Positions 52,901-58,900 of a stretch of 64,000 nucleotides of DNA are shown in pieces. Within the stretch, counting starts at the first letter, position 1; each line of letters opens with the position of its first letter. The DNA is from an uncultured Acidimicrobiia bacterium (GTDB lineage Bacteria; Actinomycetota; Acidimicrobiia; Spongiisociales; Spongiisociaceae): positions 1,031,990 to 1,095,989 of the forward strand of contig OY282370.1 of NCBI GenBank assembly GCA_958295745.1. Direction: 5' to 3'. A program made the translations under genes and the position numbers. Under the pieces are notes generated by a model. That model was given only the letters and a program-made list of their open reading frames with translations. It ran no database searches and was not told where the DNA came from.

Positions 52901-55900
52901 CCGGCCCCCGCCACCGACACCGTCAGCTCCAGATCCTCCTCCAGCGCCGCCGTGCCGGTGAGGGCGGCAGAAACCGTCACCGTGGCGTCAGTACCCTCGG
53001 CCGCGGTGTTCTGGTTGGAGGGGGTGGTGCTGTCCGTGTCCACGCTCAGGTTGACGGTGGTGGTGTCGTTGTCCTCTTCTATGACGATGAAGTCGTTGCG
53101 CACCGTGTATCCGGACGAACTACCGGACACGGTCAGCACCTCCGGCAGCACATCCACCACGGTGTCGTCTGTGACGAACAGGGTGAAGTTCCTGGACACC
53201 ATGTCATCGCCTCTGGCGATGGTCATATCGAACGACGAGACGGCAGAGAAATCGGAGGCCTCCGCCTGCCCCGATCCGCCGCCTCCGACCACTGAAACCG
53301 TAACCGTCTGGTTCGCCGACAGGCCCGGGGCGCCGTTGGGAAGGGAGGTGGTCACAAGCACCCTAGTTTGCGATGGCTCCGACACCGCTTTCTGGACCCC
53401 GGGCTGGGTGGAGCTCGTATCCACCCGCAGATAGATGGTGGAGGGATTGTCGCTGTCGTCGATGGTGACCACGGCGGGGGTGATCGCGCCCACCCCGTTG
53501 TCTACGTACCAGGGCGAAAACCCGGCAATCTGGAAGGTCTCGGCCCCTTCCCCCGAGGTGTTGTCGTCAACCGTGGACACCTTGAAATACTTCGAAGCCT
53601 GGTCCGCCCCGGCGGGAATAGTTATATTGGTCCGATTCCCCCCGTATGGTATATCTCCCCAATGGGTGAAACTGTAGTCCGCCGGTGAAGCAGCGGTTAC
53701 AGGGACGTGCGACACGGTGACCACCGTATCGGATTCTCTCTCCGCCGAACCCTCCGCCACCGAGGCGGTTACCTTCACCTTCCGGCTGGTTATCCCCTCG
53801 GGTATGTAGTCCTGGTCGCCGAAAACTTCGAGGTCGGTGTCGATAGTCATGCTGATGGCAGGCCGGGCCTCGTTGTCGATGATAGTGATCTCTGACCTAA
53901 ATACCCTGACGCCAGGGGTATCGGTTGTTCCCGTCAACCTGATCTCCTCGTCCCTCTCGTACAGGGCGTCATCGGTGATCGTCAACTTGAAGGTTCCCTC
54001 TGCGCGATAGCTGCCCGCAGGAAAGGTTATATCAAAGGAATTGTCGGTCTTGTCGGTGGAGAAGTCATCGGCCTCCGCCGTGGCCAGCCCGGCGTCGGTG
54101 ACCTGCACCGTAAAGGTGGCCTCCGACTCGAACACCTTCTGTAGCCCAGTATATGGGATAGCGAGCCTCACCCGCACCCCCTCATAGGGGCCGCCTCCTT
54201 CCCTCACTTCGTCTTCAAAGGTCTCGGTGGAGGAAGGCTCTACATCCTGAGATATAACGACCAAGGTATTGTCGTCGGCGTCGGGGATGGTGAACGAGGC
54301 CGAGGCGGGAGTGGTGAAACCGGGGGCGGTGGTGGTTCCGGACAAGATCACCGTCTCGATGCCTTCGCCGACCAAGTTGTCGTCTACCGTGGTCAAGGTG
54401 AAGGTGGCCGACCCGGAGCGGGCGCCCGCGGGAATGGTTATATCGAACGTGTCGTTGGTCTTGTCGGTGGAGAAGTCGTTCGCCTCCACAGTGCCTGCCG
54501 TGCTGACCAGCACCGACACCACGGTGGCGGTCTCCAGTGTCTTGGCGCCGGCCGGGAAGGCGGCCGTAACCTTCACCGTCTTGACCGCGCCCTCGTTCAC
54601 GCTGGACTGCACCCCTGCGGCGGCGTTGTCCGTATCCACGCTCAGGGCGATCGTGGGATGGCCGGTGTCGTTGTCGGAGTCGATGGTGATGGAGTCGGCG
54701 GTAACCGTCATGCCGGAGAAGTCGGCGGCGCCGGACAGGGTGATGGTTTCCGGGGTTATGTCGAGCACCTCGTCATCGGTGATGGTCAGGGTGAAGGTCT
54801 CCGACGACGACCGTCCGCCGGCCGGGATGGTCATGTCGAAGGTGTTGTTGGTCTTGTCGGTGGAGAAATCGGACGATTCGGCCTTGCCCGTCGTTCCCTC
54901 GCCCGACACCGTCACCGAAATGGTGACGTCCGACTCGAAGGTCTTGGAACCGGCCGGCAGCGCGGCCGTGACCGTGGCCGTGACCGCCGCGTCCCCCTCC
55001 CCGATCGTGTCCTGATCCCCCGGCGTACCGCTGTCCAGATCCACGCTCAGCGCCGCGGCCGGCGGGTCGTCGTTGTCGGTGATCTCTATCGAGGTGCTGA
55101 TCACCCTCACCCCGACCGCAGCGGAGGTACCGGAAACGGTGATGTCCTCCGCCCCTTCCACGGATACGTCCTCGGTCGGATCCAGACTGAAAGTGGCCGA
55201 ACCGCTGCTCTGCCCGGCCGGAATCGTGACCGTGAAATCGGCCACCGCCGCGAAGTCGGCCGCCTCCGCCTCCCCCGTACCGCCGGCGCCGTCCACCGAC
55301 ACCGTGACCGCCACCGCCGATTCGAAGGTCGTGCCGCCCGGCACCGAAGCCGTCACCCGGGCCGTCTTGGCGGCCGAGGCCTCCCCCACGCTCGACTGCA
55401 CCCCGCTGGCGGCGTCGTCCGCATCCACGCTCAAGACTATGGCGGGAGGGGCGTCATCGTCGTCGATGGTCACCATCGCCCCGTTGACGGTAAAACCGGA
55501 GGCAGTTCCGGAAACGGCCAGATCCTCGGCGCCCTCCACCCGCTCGTCGTCGGCGGTGGTCAGGCTGAAGGTGGCAGAACCGCTGGCGGCGTTGGCGGGG
55601 ATGGTCACGGTGAAGTCGGACACCGCGGTGAAATCGTTGGCTTCGGCGCCGCGGGTTCCCCCGGCGCCGGCCACCGAAACGGTTATAGCGGTGCTCGAAG
55701 TACGGGAAACGTTGTCCGCATAGGAGGCTGTAACCGTAACCGTCTGGTCGTCCACCCCCTCCCCGATGCTGGGCTGGTACCCGGCCAGCACGCTGTTGGT
55801 GTCCACCTTGAGGTCGATGCGGTTGGGAGACAGGTCGTTGTCGGCGAGCAGGACGGCGACGGAACGAACCGTGTAACCGTCGGCCCCCCGCCCCTCGATC

Positions 55901-58900
55901 ACTATCGTCTCGACCCCCTCGTCCATCGAGCTGTCGTCCACCGCCGTGATGTCGACCCGGGCGGGGGTGACCCGTCTGGGGTTGCCTGTGTGGATGGTTA
56001 GCTGATCCCTGCCGGAGACGAAAGCGGTGGTGAAATCGGTCCCGGAAGTGGCGGTGCCGCCGGTGAAGGTGAAATCCCGCACCGTTACATTGCCGGTCGG
56101 GTGCTTCCCGGCGGGGAGGGTGCCGGACACCTCGAAGCAAACCTTCCCATCCCCCTCACTGATGTGGTCCGAGGCGGGTTGGGAGTCGGTTGGTTGGCAT
56201 TTGACGGCCCGGGCCGCCAGGTTGACGATCGCCGGGTCGTCGTCCTCGATCGTGAACAGCCCCTCGTTGATCGTATAGGGGGAGGTTTCCCCGAATCGCA
56301 GTCGTACCTTTGCGGTCTCCGGCCCTTCGATAAAAGGGTCGTTGAAGGGGATGACACCGATAGTGCCCGAACCCCGCACCTGGTTTTTAGGGATGGTCAC
56401 AGTCACATACGGCCCACCGGAGAAACTGAGGTCCCCCGGGTTGAATCCGATTGGGGTAGTGGCTGTAACCCCTACCACCCACAGACGGAGGGTGGTGTCG
56501 GAGTCCACCGCCCCGGAGGCGAACTCGGCGGTCACGGTCACGGTGGTGGTGCCTGCGTCCTCGGCGATGGAGGTCTGCTGCCCGGGGTCGGAGCTGGTGT
56601 CCACTTTCAGGTCGATGGTGGTGGGGGCGGGGTCGTTGTCGGTGATGGTGACCCGGGTGCTGACCGCCTGCCCGAACACCGAAGCCATGAACTGGACCTG
56701 TTCGGCGGACACCTCGTGTATGGAGTCGTCGGTGGGGGTGAGGGTGACCGTCTTGGAACCCTGTGTGGCCCCGGCCGCCACCGGCACCGTGAAGTCAGTG
56801 ATGTTCGCGAAGTCGGTTCCCGCCGTAGCCCCGACCCCGGTTACGGCGACGGCCACCCCGGTTTCCGAGGTCAGCTCGGAGGTGGCGGCGTGGGGGAATC
56901 GAACGGTGAGGGTGATGGAGGTCGGGCCGGCGTTCTCGTCCACCGAAGTCTTGTCGATCCTCAACTGGAACTGCGAATCCTGGTCCCGGATGGTGATCGA
57001 GGCCGGGTTGACGACGTATCCGCTCAGCGAAGAGGTCAGGGACACCGTCTCCAGCCCTTCCAGCGCCGTGTCGGAGGCGGCGGCGAAACTGATGGTGGCC
57101 GTACCGCTCCGCGAGTTGGCCGGGATGGTCACGTCCACCGTGGCCGGAGCGGTGAAATCGCCGGCTTCGGCGGTGTCGGCCGCGAGGGAAACCGTGAAGG
57201 TAGTCGACGATGTCAAGGCGGCCGCCCCGTTGGGAACGGAGGCTTTGACCGCCACCGTCCGGGTGTTGCCCTCCACCACGTAGTTCTGCTCCCCGGTGTC
57301 GGTCTGCGTATCCACGCTCAGGTTTACGGTGGGGACGGTGTCTGCGTCGTCGTCGATGATCACAAACGCCCCGTTGACGGTGTGCCCGGCCGCCGTGCCG
57401 GTAACAGCTATATCCTCGGGCCCTTCCACCAGATCGTCGGAGGCGGTGGTCAGGCTGAAGGTGGCGGACCCGCTGGCGGCGTTGGCGGGGATGGTCACGG
57501 TGAAGTCGTTGACCGCGGTGAAATCGTTGGCTTCCGCCCCGTAGGCGCCGGCGGACGCCGCCACCGACACGGTAACTGTGGTGGCTGACGATTTGGACGC
57601 CCTCTCCGCATAGGCGGCGGTTACCGTCACCGTCTGGTTGGCGGCCCCTTCCGCAACGCTGGGCTGGACGCCGACGAGGGGGTGCGCCGCGTCCACCATC
57701 AGGTTGATGCGGTTGGCCGAATAGTCGTGGTCGTGGAGCCGGATCGCGACGGGGCGCACCTTGAACCCGGCGTCGGCCTGCCCTTCGATAACGATCGTCT
57801 CGACCCCTTCGTTGACCGCCGTATCATCGAGCGCCGCGATGCTGACTAAGGCCGTCATATGTTGGGTTTCGGCCAATCTCTGGAATGTTATCTGATTCCG
57901 GGGTCCTGTCGATTGCTCAACGAACGCCCAGTTGTAATCGGTTCCCGAAGCGGCGGTCCCCCTGATAGTCAGGTTGCTGACCGTTACCGGCCCGGCGGTG
58001 CGGGTGCCATACGGCAAGGACCCGAGTATGCCGAAGCAGACGGAGCCAAAGCCCTCACCCTCATAGATGTCGTCATTGCCGTTGGCGTGAGTAATACACC
58101 TGATCGGACGCAGGTTGATTATCGCCTCTTCGTCGTCTTCGATGGTGAACTCCGCCGAGTTGACCGTGTAGGTGGAGGTCCCCCGGAGGGACACCGTGAC
58201 GGTCTTGGGCGCTTCGCCCGCTACGGCGTTGTTGTCGGGGGTGACGGTGACGGTGGCGGTTCCCCGCACCTGGCCCTGTGGGATGGTCAAAGAGAAGTTG
58301 GAGGTCGCCGCCCCTGACAGCTGCAGGTTCACGGCGGTGGCGGACTCCACCGCGGTCCCGGAGGCGAACTCGGCGGTCACGGTCACGGCGGTGGCGCCTG
58401 CGTCCTCGGCGATGGTGGTCTGCTGTCCGGAGTCGGAGCTGGTGTCAACGGACAGGTCGATGACGGTGGGGGCGGCGTCGTCGTCGGTGATGGTCACCGC
58501 CGCAGAAGCGGTGCGTCCGAACAGCGACCCGGTGAACTCGACCTGTTCGGTGGAGGTTTCAACGAGGACGTCGTCGGTGGGGGTAAGGGTTATCGACTTG
58601 GACCCGCTGACCGCCGCCGCCGCCACCGGCACCGTGAAATCGGCGATGTTCTCGAAGTCGGTTCCGGCGGTCGCCCCGACCCCGGTCACGGTTACCGACA
58701 CCTGGGTCTCCGCCGCCAGCTCCGAGGTGGCGGCGTTGGGGAACGACACGGTCAGGTCGACGGTTGTGGCGCCCGCGTCCTCGTTCACCGAAGACACGCT
58801 CGCCGCCAGCGTGAACCCGGCGTCCTCGTCCGCGATGGTGAGGGAGGCCGGGTTGACCGTGTAACCGGCCAAGGTGGAGGACAGGGACACCGTCTCCGGC